52,983 bases of DNA from Candidatus Eiseniibacteriota bacterium. Its GTDB lineage: Bacteria > Eisenbacteria > RBG-16-71-46 > SZUA-252. Positions 42,924-51,443 of the stretch are shown one piece after another. Position 1 is the first letter of the stretch. Every line of letters begins with the position of its first letter. The notes under the pieces were generated by a model. It had not been told where the DNA came from, did no database searches, and was given only the letters and a program-made list of their open reading frames with translations. Position numbers and translations under genes: made by a program. Where the stretch lies: positions 1 through 52,983 of the forward strand of contig JANNMC010000404.1 of NCBI GenBank assembly GCA_031397435.1, read 5' to 3'.

Positions 42924-44252
42924 TTAGATCCGGAACACGCCGCGTGAGCGGCGGCCCTTCAAGGCATTCCGACAATCCACGACCGTTCGGGCGTGCCGCG
43001 AGACGAGGCTGTAATCGAAGGCCTTGTGCGCGGTGGAGATGACGACGCAGTCCGCGGCGCGAAGGGTGCTCGCCCGGAAGGGCACCGACCGCTTCTTTCC
43101 GCCGCCATGCATGATCGAAGGGACATACGGGTCGCAGAAGGAGACCCGTGCCCCTTCCTTCTCGAGGATTTCCATGATGTCGAGCGATGGCGATTCGCGC
43201 ACGTCGTCGATGTCGGCTTTGTACGCCATGCCGAGAATGAGCACGTTGGCGCCCCGGACCGACCGGCGCCTTGAATTCAACGCATCGGATACGAGCCGAG
43301 CGGCGTGATACGGCATGCTTCCATTGACCTGTCCCGCGAGTTCGATGAACCGAGCCTCGAATCCGCTCTGCCGGGCCTTCCACGAGAGGTAGAACGGGTC
43401 GATGGGAATGCAGTGCCCGCCGAGGCCGGGGCCAGGGTAGAACGGCATGAATCCGAACGGCTTCGTGGAGGCCGCCTCGATCACTTCCCAGACATCGATG
43501 TTGAGCTTGTCACACATGAGCGCCATCTCGTTCACGAGGCCGATGTTCACACTACGAAACGTGTTCTCCAGCAGCTTGACGGTCTCCGCGACCTGGGTCG
43601 AGGAGACCGGGACGACCTGATCGAAGATCTGCGAATAGAGCATCGAGACCGCGTTGCTGCAGGCGGCGGTGTGGCCGCCGGTGACTTTTGGAATATTCTT
43701 CGTCTGGTATGTCGGATTCCCCGGATCGACACGCTCCGGCGAGAAGGCGAGGAAGTAGTCCTTCCCGGCCCGCATCCCGCCTTCCTCGAGCATCGGCCGA
43801 ACCAGCTCGTCCGTCGTACCCGGATAGGTCGTGCTTTCCAAGACGACCAGCGCCCCGGGGCGAAGTCTCGATGCGATTTCCTGGACCGAGGCAATGATGT
43901 ACGAAACATCTGGGTCCCGTGTCTTCCGGAGCGGTGTGGGAACGCAGATCTCGATCGCGTCCATCTGACGGAGCGCGTCGAACTCCATGGTGGCGCTGAG
44001 TCGCCCCGATCGGACGAGATCGCGCAGTTCCCCCGTCGGTACGTCTTGGATATACGACCGGCCCGCGTTCAGGGCCGTGACGCGCTTGGCGTCGATATCG
44101 AATCCGGTGACGCGAAATCCGGCCTTCGCGAATTCGACCGCCAGAGGTAGGCCGACGTAGCCTAGCCCGATGACGCCGATCCGAGCCTTCCGGCTCTCTA
44201 CCTTGCGAATGAATCGCTGAAGGGTTGGTGACGTTCGATTCCTGGATGCCAC
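42924..44252 (-). CDS. nucleotide-sugar (UDP-N-acetyl-hexosamine) 6-dehydrogenase, TviB/WbpO/WecC-like
   Basis: RIGVIGLGYVGLPLAVEFAKAG and the catalytic-Cys motif GLGGHCIPIDP. The GTG start overlaps the upstream TAG by 1 nt. Confidence 0.9.
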   Translation of the reverse strand: MASRNRTSPTLQRFIRKVESRKARIGVIGLGYVGLPLAVEFAKAGFRVTGFDIDAKRVTALNAGRSYIQDVPTGELRDLVRSGRLSATMEFDALRQMDAIEICVPTPLRKTRDPDVSYIIASVQEIASRLRPGALVVLESTTYPGTTDELVRPMLEEGGMRAGKDYFLAFSPERVDPGNPTYQTKNIPKVTGGHTAACSNAVSMLYSQIFDQVVPVSSTQVAETVKLLENTFRSVNIGLVNEMALMCDKLNIDVWEVIEAASTKPFGFMPFYPGPGLGGHCIPIDPFYLSWKARQSGFEARFIELAGQVNGSMPYHAARLVSDALNSRRRSVRGANVLILGMAYKADIDDVRESPSLDIMEILEKEGARVSFCDPYVPSIMHGGGKKRSVPFRASTLRAADCVVISTAHKAFDYSLVSRHARTVVDCRNALKGRRSRGVFRI

Positions 44253-45043
44253 TAACGATCTCCTTCGAAATCTCGAGCACGTCGTGGCGCGTCCGGGTCC
44301 TGTCCTGGGGGCGCGCCCGCCTTGTCGAGTGGTGTGGGTCGGCGTTCCTTGTATCCGTAATAGCGATAGTCGTAGTAATACGGCAGCCCGTTCATCGCGT
44401 TGTTCAGCACGACCCCGACAATCTTCGACACAACCGGATCGAGAATCTGCATCGACCGCCGCACCGCCGTGATCGGCGTCTTGCCGGCCATGGCGATAAC
44501 GAGAATTCCGTCGACATGCTCGGCCATCAAGATCGGCTCGATGACCGGAACCACTGGAGCCGCGTCGACGAAGACGAGGTCGTAGCGTGACCGCGAATCG
44601 GCGAGCAGGCTCGCGAACACCTCGTCGGAATAGGCTTCGCTGGCCGGAGCGGGCGAATCGCCCCTCGGAATGACGGAGAGGAGCGGGAGCGCGGTCGAGC
44701 GCGTTGCATCTCGAATCGAGACGCTTCCCTGAAGGATCTCCCGCAGCCCCGGCCCGCGAGCCACGCCCATCAACGAATGGACCGTGGGCCGGCGGAGATC
44801 ACCGTCGATCAAGAGTGTCCGGCGGCGAAATACTCGCGCGGCTACGATGGCCATGAGCGCGCACGTCGTGCTTTTTCCCTCGTCTCTCGCCGCGCTCGTC
44901 ACCATGTAGACCTGCCGTTCGGCCTTCTGGCTGCCGTGATGCCGCGAGATATTTTGCAGCAGTCGCCGCACCTCGGTAACGTAGGGGGCGTCGATCTGGA
45001 AGCCCTCGAGAAGATCCTGCGACTGCTGCTTGGCGAAGCTCAT
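44252..45043 (-). CDS. XrtA/PEP-CTERM-associated tyrosine autokinase (BY-kinase catalytic subunit)
   Basis: Walker A-like TSAARDEGKST, Walker A'/B LLIDGDLRRP and LVFVDAAPV. C-terminal Tyr cluster YYYDYRYYGY. Confidence 0.88.
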   Translation of the reverse strand: MSFAKQQSQDLLEGFQIDAPYVTEVRRLLQNISRHHGSQKAERQVYMVTSAARDEGKSTTCALMAIVAARVFRRRTLLIDGDLRRPTVHSLMGVARGPGLREILQGSVSIRDATRSTALPLLSVIPRGDSPAPASEAYSDEVFASLLADSRSRYDLVFVDAAPVVPVIEPILMAEHVDGILVIAMAGKTPITAVRRSMQILDPVVSKIVGVVLNNAMNGLPYYYDYRYYGYKERRPTPLDKAGAPPGQDPDAPRRARDFEGDR

Positions 45044-46710
45044 GGCCGCGCCCTCTCGACCTGGCCGGACTTGGTCGGACGTGGGGAGACCACTTCGTCG
45101 TACACGACGACGAGCGCCGAAACGAGCAGGACCGCGAGGATGGCGAATTTGGGCCAGTGGACTCTCAAATACCCACCGGGCTTCGGACGGGTTTCGATGC
45201 GCGGCACCACGCCGACGACCTTCAGCCCGTACTCGGCTTCGGCCTGCTCCACGGTGCGCACGACGGCCGCGAGGCGCTCTCCCGCGAAGACGATGGCGGC
45301 ATCGATGACAAGTCCGAGGAAGAACGCCACTGCGAAGGTCGCTGTGGCCCCCATCGACGTCGGCGTCAAGGGCAGGAGCGGCTGTTCGAGGATCTGGAGG
45401 CGCGGTCCCACCTGACTCGTGGCGTAGGCCTCCGAAACTCCCGACGACACCGACTCGTTCCGCATTGTCGTCAAGATGTTCCGAGCGGACGTGACATCGT
45501 CCTGAAGCCTCTGGAGTTCGATCTCATCGCGAGGCGCCCGCTGCACGCCAGAGAGGAAGTCGCTGACGGCGGATGCAAGGCGGTTCCTCCGAGCCTGGAG
45601 CGAACGGAGCACAGCACGGTCGAGCGCTATCCCCGCCGCCGTGCTTCGAGCTCCGGGCGAAGCGTCGCCCGCCACCTCCTGAGACAGCCGGTCGAACTCA
45701 ACGAAGAGCGCTTGCCGTGTTGCACTGATTCGTACCTGGAGCGCTTCCCCTTCACCGGTCAGGTCAGACTTGCCGGCCAGTTGCGCCAGCGCCGCGCTCT
45801 CCTCGATCTTGACGAGTTGTGTCCCCAGAGCGGTCGCCCGCGCGCTCGAGAGACTCGGCATCAGCGCGTCTCCGGAACTGCTCCGCCACTCCTCGCTGCC
45901 GGCCAGGATACGCAGTCGCAGTTGCGCCATTTCGTCTTCTGTCGCCCGCCGCAGTCCCTGGGCGAGTTGTAGCCCGGACTCGCTGGAGATGCCGGCGGTG
46001 ATTCTCATATGGAGATGCGATTCCTGGAAGGCTCGGAGCTCGTTCTCGGCCTTGCGAAGTCGTTCCTCGAGCACCACGACCTGGTCCTTGCTGAATTCAC
46101 CACGCGCCTGAACCCTCTCCAAGGTGGTTTGAAGCGCCTGCTGGAGGAGCGCGTCGCCGATGGTCGCAACCAGATCGCGTGCGACTTCGGCGTTCGGGTC
46201 TTTCACGGAGATCTGGATCGCCGTTCCACGTCCCGGCCCGACGGAGATCTTCGTCCAGAGAATTCCCACGGCGAGCCGCAGCGCATGCTCCTCTGGCGTG
46301 ATCCCTGGCGTCGCCTTTGTCGCCGCCCTGGCGCGCGCCATCAGGACCGGATCCTTGTCCATTCCTCGTCGCTCGGCAATGCCTCTCAAGAATGTCTGAT
46401 TGTGGATCATCGCATCAACGATCGCGATCCGTTCACGGGGTGCGTTCACCGTCGCGTTGCCAGGAGCGTAGGCGCGCATCGCCGGCGACATATCCGAAGG
46501 GGAGTCCACCGAGACCACCAGGAAGGACTGATAAATGGGCACGGTGCGGCGTGCGACGATCGTGGCGACGCAGAGGCATGCGACGATGGGGAGGACCAGA
46601 ATCCACCCGTAGCGCTGAATGCGCCACAGCAAATCCTGGACATCGATCGATGCGGACGGAGCAACTCCGGGAGGTGGACCCGCAGCACTCCCTCGCATGG
46701 AGCTGCTCAC
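45040..46710 (-). CDS. polysaccharide chain length determinant, PEP-CTERM locus subfamily
   Basis: 556 aa. An N-terminal TM (YGWILVLPIVACLCVATIV), a long coiled-coil-like periplasmic region, and a C-terminal TM. The GTG start overlaps the upstream TGA (GTGA); the stop overlaps the kinase start. Confidence 0.85.
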   Translation of the reverse strand: MSSSMRGSAAGPPPGVAPSASIDVQDLLWRIQRYGWILVLPIVACLCVATIVARRTVPIYQSFLVVSVDSPSDMSPAMRAYAPGNATVNAPRERIAIVDAMIHNQTFLRGIAERRGMDKDPVLMARARAATKATPGITPEEHALRLAVGILWTKISVGPGRGTAIQISVKDPNAEVARDLVATIGDALLQQALQTTLERVQARGEFSKDQVVVLEERLRKAENELRAFQESHLHMRITAGISSESGLQLAQGLRRATEDEMAQLRLRILAGSEEWRSSSGDALMPSLSSARATALGTQLVKIEESAALAQLAGKSDLTGEGEALQVRISATRQALFVEFDRLSQEVAGDASPGARSTAAGIALDRAVLRSLQARRNRLASAVSDFLSGVQRAPRDEIELQRLQDDVTSARNILTTMRNESVSSGVSEAYATSQVGPRLQILEQPLLPLTPTSMGATATFAVAFFLGLVIDAAIVFAGERLAAVVRTVEQAEAEYGLKVVGVVPRIETRPKPGGYLRVHWPKFAILAVLLVSALVVVYDEVVSPRPTKSGQVERARP

Positions 46711-47684
46711 CGGGCCAGCACGAGGATGGAGGCCACGACGCCGATAATCGAGCCGACGGCGCCAACGATGCGGAGTGGACTGAAACCGCCGGATTTGCGC
46801 TGGAACCGGATTGTGTCGCCGGCCTGCAAGCGCGGATTTCCGACGAGGTCGCCATGATCGAAGTACTGATCCATGCGTATCCGCATCTGCACGACCTGAG
46901 CCCCGTTCCGCCGAATGATCTGGATGTTCTCGAAGTCGATTTCCTGCGACGGGCCCGAACGAATGAAGGCACTGACGAGATCGGGAGACAGATTCAGCGG
47001 CAGCGACCCCTGCATCCCGACCGCGCCGAACACGTAAACGACGTCCTCCTCGCCGCTCACGAGGCTGTTCTGCCGCGGGACGCGAACCGTGTCGCCAGGT
47101 CGGAGGCGCGGCAGGGTGGAGAGATCTCCACCCGACCCCGCTGTGACGTTCACGAGGGTCGGCTTCGGTTGAGACTCGGAGAGAATTTCCACGCTGCTAA
47201 GGTCCGCGTCGTCCGACGGCCCCCCCGCCTCTGCAATGGCCTCCCAGACGGTCGGACTCTGCTCGAAGGTATACATCCCCGGAAGAAGGACCGCACCGAG
47301 GACATAGTTCCGTCGCGAGGCGGCCTGCACCATCGTCACGGACACCTGAACGATCTTGCTTGAAACGAGTGACATTCTCCGAGCGAGGTCTGTGCTGATC
47401 TCCGAGGTCGTCCGGCCCGTCGCTGACACGCGGCCCACGGTGGGCAACGTGATGTGCCCACTCTTGTCGACGATCACCTCGCCCGAGATATCCGCTCTCC
47501 CCTCGATTTCCACGCGGAGGATGTCGCCGGGGTTGGCGCGCGCTACAGATTCAGCTTTGGGAGCCTGCGGGTACGCGGGCGTAACCGCTAGGGTCATGCC
47601 GAAGAGCAGGCCAACGATGCCTGCCGACATGACCAGCTGGCTCCTCCTCATTGCCTCTCGCATTTTCATCCGTCGAATCTCCAT
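46707..47684 (-). CDS. polysaccharide export protein (Wza/EpsE-like, PEP-CTERM system type)
   Basis: Signal peptide, Poly_export-like PGDILRVEIEGRADISGEVIVDKSGHITLPTVGRV, SLBB-like repeats, and a C-terminal hydrophobic helix. The ATG is preceded by AGAGGAAGG. Confidence 0.85.
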   Translation of the reverse strand: MEIRRMKMREAMRRSQLVMSAGIVGLLFGMTLAVTPAYPQAPKAESVARANPGDILRVEIEGRADISGEVIVDKSGHITLPTVGRVSATGRTTSEISTDLARRMSLVSSKIVQVSVTMVQAASRRNYVLGAVLLPGMYTFEQSPTVWEAIAEAGGPSDDADLSSVEILSESQPKPTLVNVTAGSGGDLSTLPRLRPGDTVRVPRQNSLVSGEEDVVYVFGAVGMQGSLPLNLSPDLVSAFIRSGPSQEIDFENIQIIRRNGAQVVQMRIRMDQYFDHGDLVGNPRLQAGDTIRFQRKSGGFSPLRIVGAVGSIIGVVASILVLAR

Positions 47685-47713
47685 AAACCTTCCTCTTTAT
47701 AGGGACTTACAGG

Positions 47714-47742
47714 ATTCTAACATCGACCCGAAAGGGTGTCAA
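47714..47742 (-). promoter_or_regulatory. consensus-like sigma70 promoter (extended -10) for the export / chain-length / kinase gene string
   Basis: Minus strand reads TTGACA (47742-47737), 17 nt, TGt-TAGAAT (47722-47714), then a ~22-nt leader with AGAGGAAGG and ATG 47684. The -35 overlaps the wecB stop codon. Confidence 0.6.
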
Positions 47743-48833
47743 CCTGGGGACAGATGGGCATGAAGGACGGTCGCGATTCGCTCGCCGGCGTGACCGTCCC
47801 AAAGCGCGGGGCATCGAGGTGGCACGGTTCCCCCGTCGAGAACTTCAAAGGCAGCCGGGACGATCGACTCGGGATCGGTGCCGAGCAGGCGATTCGTTCC
47901 CTCCGAAATGGTGATCGGCCTCTCCGTGTTGGCGCGGAGCGTGAGACAGGGAACGCCGAGTGCCGTCGTCTCCTCCTGCACTCCTCCGCTATCGGTCAGG
48001 ACGAGGCGGGCCGAGGCCTGAAGACTCAGGAATTCCACATAGCCAAGCGGATCGACGAACTGGAGCGCCGGCGAACTTGGAATGCCGACCTCCGCGATCC
48101 GCCCCCTCGTTCTCGGGTGGACCGGGAAGATCACCGGAATGCGCGCCGACAGCGCCTCGAGCGCTCGAACGATGCGATGCAGCAAGTCCGCTTGATCCAC
48201 GTTGCTCGGCCGGTGGAGCGTGACCAGGGCGTACTTCCCCTCCTCGAGGCCGAACTTCGCCGCGGCCCGGCGCGCGCGCGCCGCCGGCAGGTGAAGCCGG
48301 AGCGTGTCGATCATCGGATTCCCGACGAGGTGCACCTTCGCCCTCGGAACTCCCTCCGCCACGAGATTCTCGATCGCGTCGGGCGACGTCGCGAAGAAGA
48401 GGTCGGTCACCGCGTCGGTCACCAGCCGATTGATCTCCTCCGGCATGCTCCGGTCTCGGCTTCGGAGTCCCGCCTCGACGTGAGCCACCTCGATGCCCCG
48501 CTTCACGGCGACGAGGCTGCAGGCGAGTGTTGAGTTGACGTCGCCGACCACGAGGACCATCCGCGGCTTCCGCTCTTCCAGGACCTCGTCGAAGCGGGTC
48601 ATGATGCGCGCCGTCTGCACGGCGTGGCTGTCGCTTCCGACTTCCAGATCGCGGTCGGGCTTCGGGAGGTTCAATTCCCCGAAGAAGACACGCGACATCT
48701 CCTCGTCGTAGTGCTGCCCGGTGTGCACGAGATAGGCACGAAGATCGGGATAGGCGCGCAATCCCTGGAGGATTGGCGCCATCTTCATGAAGTTCGGTCG
48801 CGCCCCGACGACGCAGACGATTTCCTTGGTCAC
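47739..48833 (-). CDS. wecB: UDP-N-acetylglucosamine 2-epimerase (non-hydrolysing)
   Basis: Track ORF 47739..49523 trimmed to GTG 48833 (VTKEIVCVVGARPNFMKMAPILQGL...HTGQHYD...), preceded by GAGGGGGA and overlapping the upstream stop (GTGA). The discarded N-terminus is Arg/Gly-rich and out of frame over the DUF92 gene. Confidence 0.92.
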   Translation of the reverse strand: MTKEIVCVVGARPNFMKMAPILQGLRAYPDLRAYLVHTGQHYDEEMSRVFFGELNLPKPDRDLEVGSDSHAVQTARIMTRFDEVLEERKPRMVLVVGDVNSTLACSLVAVKRGIEVAHVEAGLRSRDRSMPEEINRLVTDAVTDLFFATSPDAIENLVAEGVPRAKVHLVGNPMIDTLRLHLPAARARRAAAKFGLEEGKYALVTLHRPSNVDQADLLHRIVRALEALSARIPVIFPVHPRTRGRIAEVGIPSSPALQFVDPLGYVEFLSLQASARLVLTDSGGVQEETTALGVPCLTLRANTERPITISEGTNRLLGTDPESIVPAAFEVLDGGTVPPRCPALWDGHAGERIATVLHAHLSPG

Positions 48834-49564
48834 GGCTTCCCCCTCATCGAAAATCCCGCGACGAGCCCCAGTGCCGTGGCTACCGCGGAGACGAATACGT
48901 TTCTCCCGAAATGACCCAGGGCGCGCCCGAAGGCGGAACCCGCGATGATGCTCTCGAACAGCGCGGCTCCGAATCCTGCCGCCCCCGCGAACGCCGCCAT
49001 TCCAACGCCGTGGATCAATCCGGAGGCGATCGCGGCCGCGGCGACGGCCATGCCGCCGACGGCTGTCGCCGCAAGTCCGGCGGCGCTGACGGCTCCGGCG
49101 AAACCATGCGGCCGTCGCACCAGCCTCCTGCCCTGAAGGCCGTAGGCAGCCCCCCGTCCGAGCGGTCCCACCTCGGTTCCCGCCGTATCGGCAAGGGCGC
49201 CCGCCAACGCGGCGGTGAAGGCCACCGAGAGTTCCCGCGTGAGCCCGGTCAGGCCCGCCACCACGGCAACGAGGGCAGGGATCGCCAATTTCGCAGCCAC
49301 GTGTTGCGCACCCCGCTTCCCCTCGTTCGGTTCCGCCGCGGCCATCGCGCGCTTCCGCGCGCTTCCGAATTTCGTGAGGGTACCGCCCCCGAGTACGAAG
49401 AGAGCGAGCGGAGCGAGCGCGGCCGGGCCGAGACCGACGATCGAGGCCGCTGCGACCACCATGCCTGACGCGGCAGCGACAACCGAGCCTTGCTTCGTGA
49501 ACGCCACCACAGCCGCGCCGCATGCCGCCAGAGCGAGCGCTTCAATCGTCGTGATCGGTCGCAT
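48830..49564 (-). CDS. DUF92 (COG1836, VTE6-like) integral membrane protein
   Basis: 244 aa, very Ala/Gly-rich, multi-TM. GGGTLTKFGSARKRAMAAAEPNEGKRGAQHVAAKL matches the T-K...K...G-x-R-x-x-x-Q-V pattern I recall for this family. Confidence 0.65.
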   Translation of the reverse strand: MRPITTIEALALAACGAAVVAFTKQGSVVAAASGMVVAAASIVGLGPAALAPLALFVLGGGTLTKFGSARKRAMAAAEPNEGKRGAQHVAAKLAIPALVAVVAGLTGLTRELSVAFTAALAGALADTAGTEVGPLGRGAAYGLQGRRLVRRPHGFAGAVSAAGLAATAVGGMAVAAAAIASGLIHGVGMAAFAGAAGFGAALFESIIAGSAFGRALGHFGRNVFVSAVATALGLVAGFSMRGKP

Positions 49565-49570
49565 CGCTCG

Positions 49571-50236
49571 TCAAACCAGAACGCTATAGGCGGCCGCCAC
49601 GGTGAGCGGGACGGTGAGGTTGTCCCATCCGGACGGCGTGATCGCCTCGGCCACCGCGCCGAGGGCTCCGCACCCAACGCCCACACGCCATGGCAGCGCC
49701 CCGGTGGCCTGCGCCGATGCCACGAGCCCGGCGGCAACGCCCGCCACGAGCAGAAAGACGAGCGACCCCTCGAGCGTTCGACCATGCCCGAACCGGTGAA
49801 ATTTCCGTTGCCCGAATCGCTTCCCCGCGATCGCCGCGGCGGGATCCGCGAAGGCCAGCGCGCAGAGCCCCGCCAGGATGGCGGGACGGATGCCCGGCTC
49901 CCAGAAGAGCGCGTAGACAAGGACGACGCCGGCCGGAAAGGTCCAGAGCCCCTTCGCACGCTCGGGCGTGCCTTCGATCGCGCGGAAGAGCGGGCGCGCC
50001 CAGGGCGAAGCATTCACGAGCAAGAACAGACTCGGAAGGACGAGCGCCCACGCGAGCGAATGAAAATATGGCGTAACAAGCAAGGTCCAGGCGCCGACGG
50101 CGGTATGGAGCGCCATTCGAATGCTGCTCGGGGAGACTCTCCGCCAACGAGCGAGAGCGTATGCGGCCAGGACGAAAGCGGAGACGGCGAAGAGCGAAAC
50201 GGCCACCACCACGACATCTTGGTGCTTGGAGTGCAC
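49571..50236 (-). CDS. CTP-dependent polyprenol (dolichol/phytol) kinase-like membrane protein (CdsA superfamily)
   Basis: 221 aa, ~6 TM. FADPAAAIAGKRFGQRKF...GRTLEGSLVFLLV resembles the D-x-x-A-x-x-x-G and KT-x-EG motifs of dolichol/phytol kinases. GTG start. Confidence 0.6.
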   Translation of the reverse strand: MHSKHQDVVVVAVSLFAVSAFVLAAYALARWRRVSPSSIRMALHTAVGAWTLLVTPYFHSLAWALVLPSLFLLVNASPWARPLFRAIEGTPERAKGLWTFPAGVVLVYALFWEPGIRPAILAGLCALAFADPAAAIAGKRFGQRKFHRFGHGRTLEGSLVFLLVAGVAAGLVASAQATGALPWRVGVGCGALGAVAEAITPSGWDNLTVPLTVAAAYSVLV

Positions 50237-50276
50237 GTGGCGACCTTACCGACCCCTTACGGGGAAGTCAAAGTGA

Positions 50277-51404
50277 TTACAGTTCATCCTCGGCGTCCGA
50301 GCCGCGCGAGCCGCGCGCTCGGGCCGACTCGATCCCACTTCCGTCGGTGGTCGCCACCGTGACGCGATTCTTCCCCGACTGCTTCGCGGCGTATAGCGCG
50401 ATGTCGGCCGACTCCAGAATTTCACCCGCCGTGATTCCATTTTCGGGATAGGTCGCCACGCCAAGGCTGACCGTGATCGTGCCCGGCTCCGCCAGCGGGA
50501 ATGCCGCGGCGGCGACGGCGATCTTCACTCGATCCGCGAGGACGCAGGCTCCCTCGCGCGACGTCTGCGGGAGAATCGCCACGAATTCGTCGCCGCCGTA
50601 CTTGGCGACGAGGTCGATGGAACGGGCCTCGCGCACAAGAATCTGAGCGATCACGCGAAGCACTTCGCTTCCCCGCAGGTGCCCGTTCTTGTCGTTGTAC
50701 TTCTTCAGGTTGTCGACGTCGATCATGAGAATGGAGAATCTCTGGTTGAAGCGCGCGGCCCGCTTCACCTCTCGGCGCAGGCCCATCTTGAGGAAACGGT
50801 AGTTGTAGACCTGCGTGAGATCGTCCGTCACCGCGAGCTGTTCGGCGCGGCGATAGAGCTTCCCGTTCTCGATCGCGATGGCCGTCTGGTTCGCGAGAAG
50901 CGAAAGGACCCGAAGGTGGCGGTCGTTGAACGGTGAGGCGTCGATCCGATTCACGGCCACGAGCACGCCGAGCGTCGTGTCTCGGACCCTCAGCGGCGCG
51001 GCGAGGCAGGCTGCGGTTCGGATTCCGGGGAGCGAATCGATGCTCGGATGGTAGCGGGGGTCGGCTCCGACGTCGGGGACATGGACAGCCTGCCCCTCCA
51101 GAAGGACCCACCGGGTGATTCCGGCCTGGCTAGGGAGTTCGTAGCGTTCGAGTCCCAGAATGTGCCCGTCGGGGGTGGCCCGAAGGGCGAATTTCCGCAC
51201 CCGGGACCCCTCCACCGTGATCAGGAAAACAGCCTGTGCCTCAAGCATTTGGAGGGCGCAGCTGAGAACCGACTCGAAGATGGTCTCCTGCGCCTTCCCC
51301 CCATTGATCAGGCTGGTAACTTCCTGGAGGGTGGCAAAAAACAGGTCGCTCCCCGCAAGGTCATCCGTTGCGGTTTGCATGGGCTTACGCGGTTCGGTAG
51401 TCAC
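50277..51404 (-). CDS. GAF domain-containing diguanylate cyclase (GGDEF)
   Basis: GAF-like region (...LGVLVAVNRIDASPFNDRHLRVLSLLANQTAIAIENGKLY), then GGDEF domain DDLTQVYNYRFL...LMIDVDNLKKYND...KYGGDEFVAIL. An RxxD I-site (RSID) lies 5 residues before GGDEF. The start is GTG 51404 or ATG 51380. Confidence 0.9.
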   Translation of the reverse strand: MTTEPRKPMQTATDDLAGSDLFFATLQEVTSLINGGKAQETIFESVLSCALQMLEAQAVFLITVEGSRVRKFALRATPDGHILGLERYELPSQAGITRWVLLEGQAVHVPDVGADPRYHPSIDSLPGIRTAACLAAPLRVRDTTLGVLVAVNRIDASPFNDRHLRVLSLLANQTAIAIENGKLYRRAEQLAVTDDLTQVYNYRFLKMGLRREVKRAARFNQRFSILMIDVDNLKKYNDKNGHLRGSEVLRVIAQILVREARSIDLVAKYGGDEFVAILPQTSREGACVLADRVKIAVAAAAFPLAEPGTITVSLGVATYPENGITAGEILESADIALYAAKQSGKNRVTVATTDGSGIESARARGSRGSDAEDEL

Positions 51405-51418
51405 GGCCGGAGTGGAAC

Positions 51419-51434
51419 TGCAATCTCCGTGCCT
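51419..51434 (-). promoter_or_regulatory. sigma54 (-24/-12) promoter for the GGDEF gene
   Basis: Minus strand reads AGGCACG-GAGA-TTGCA, 11/12 to TGGCACG-N4-TTGCA with exact spacing. It lies in the 39-bp gap upstream of the cyclase start. Confidence 0.6.
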
Positions 51435-51443
51435 TGGCGCGGG

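Noticed and set aside
48834-49523. 230-codon N-terminal extension of the wecB ORF. Similar extensions occur on 4489-5916, 14932-16752, 10510-10878 and 26720-27085.
   Set aside because: The extensions are Arg/Gly-rich, overlap neighbouring real genes out of frame, and are absent from the conserved N-termini of the respective families. Internal starts with SD or stop/start overlaps fit better.
50243-50271. TTGACT-17-TAAGGT, 6 nt before GTG 50236, as a promoter for the kinase-like gene.
   Set aside because: TAAGGT can equally be read as a weak Shine-Dalgarno (AAGG) 7 nt before the GTG in a transcript continuing from the GGDEF gene. It is not strong enough to list as a feature and is mentioned only as supporting geometry.
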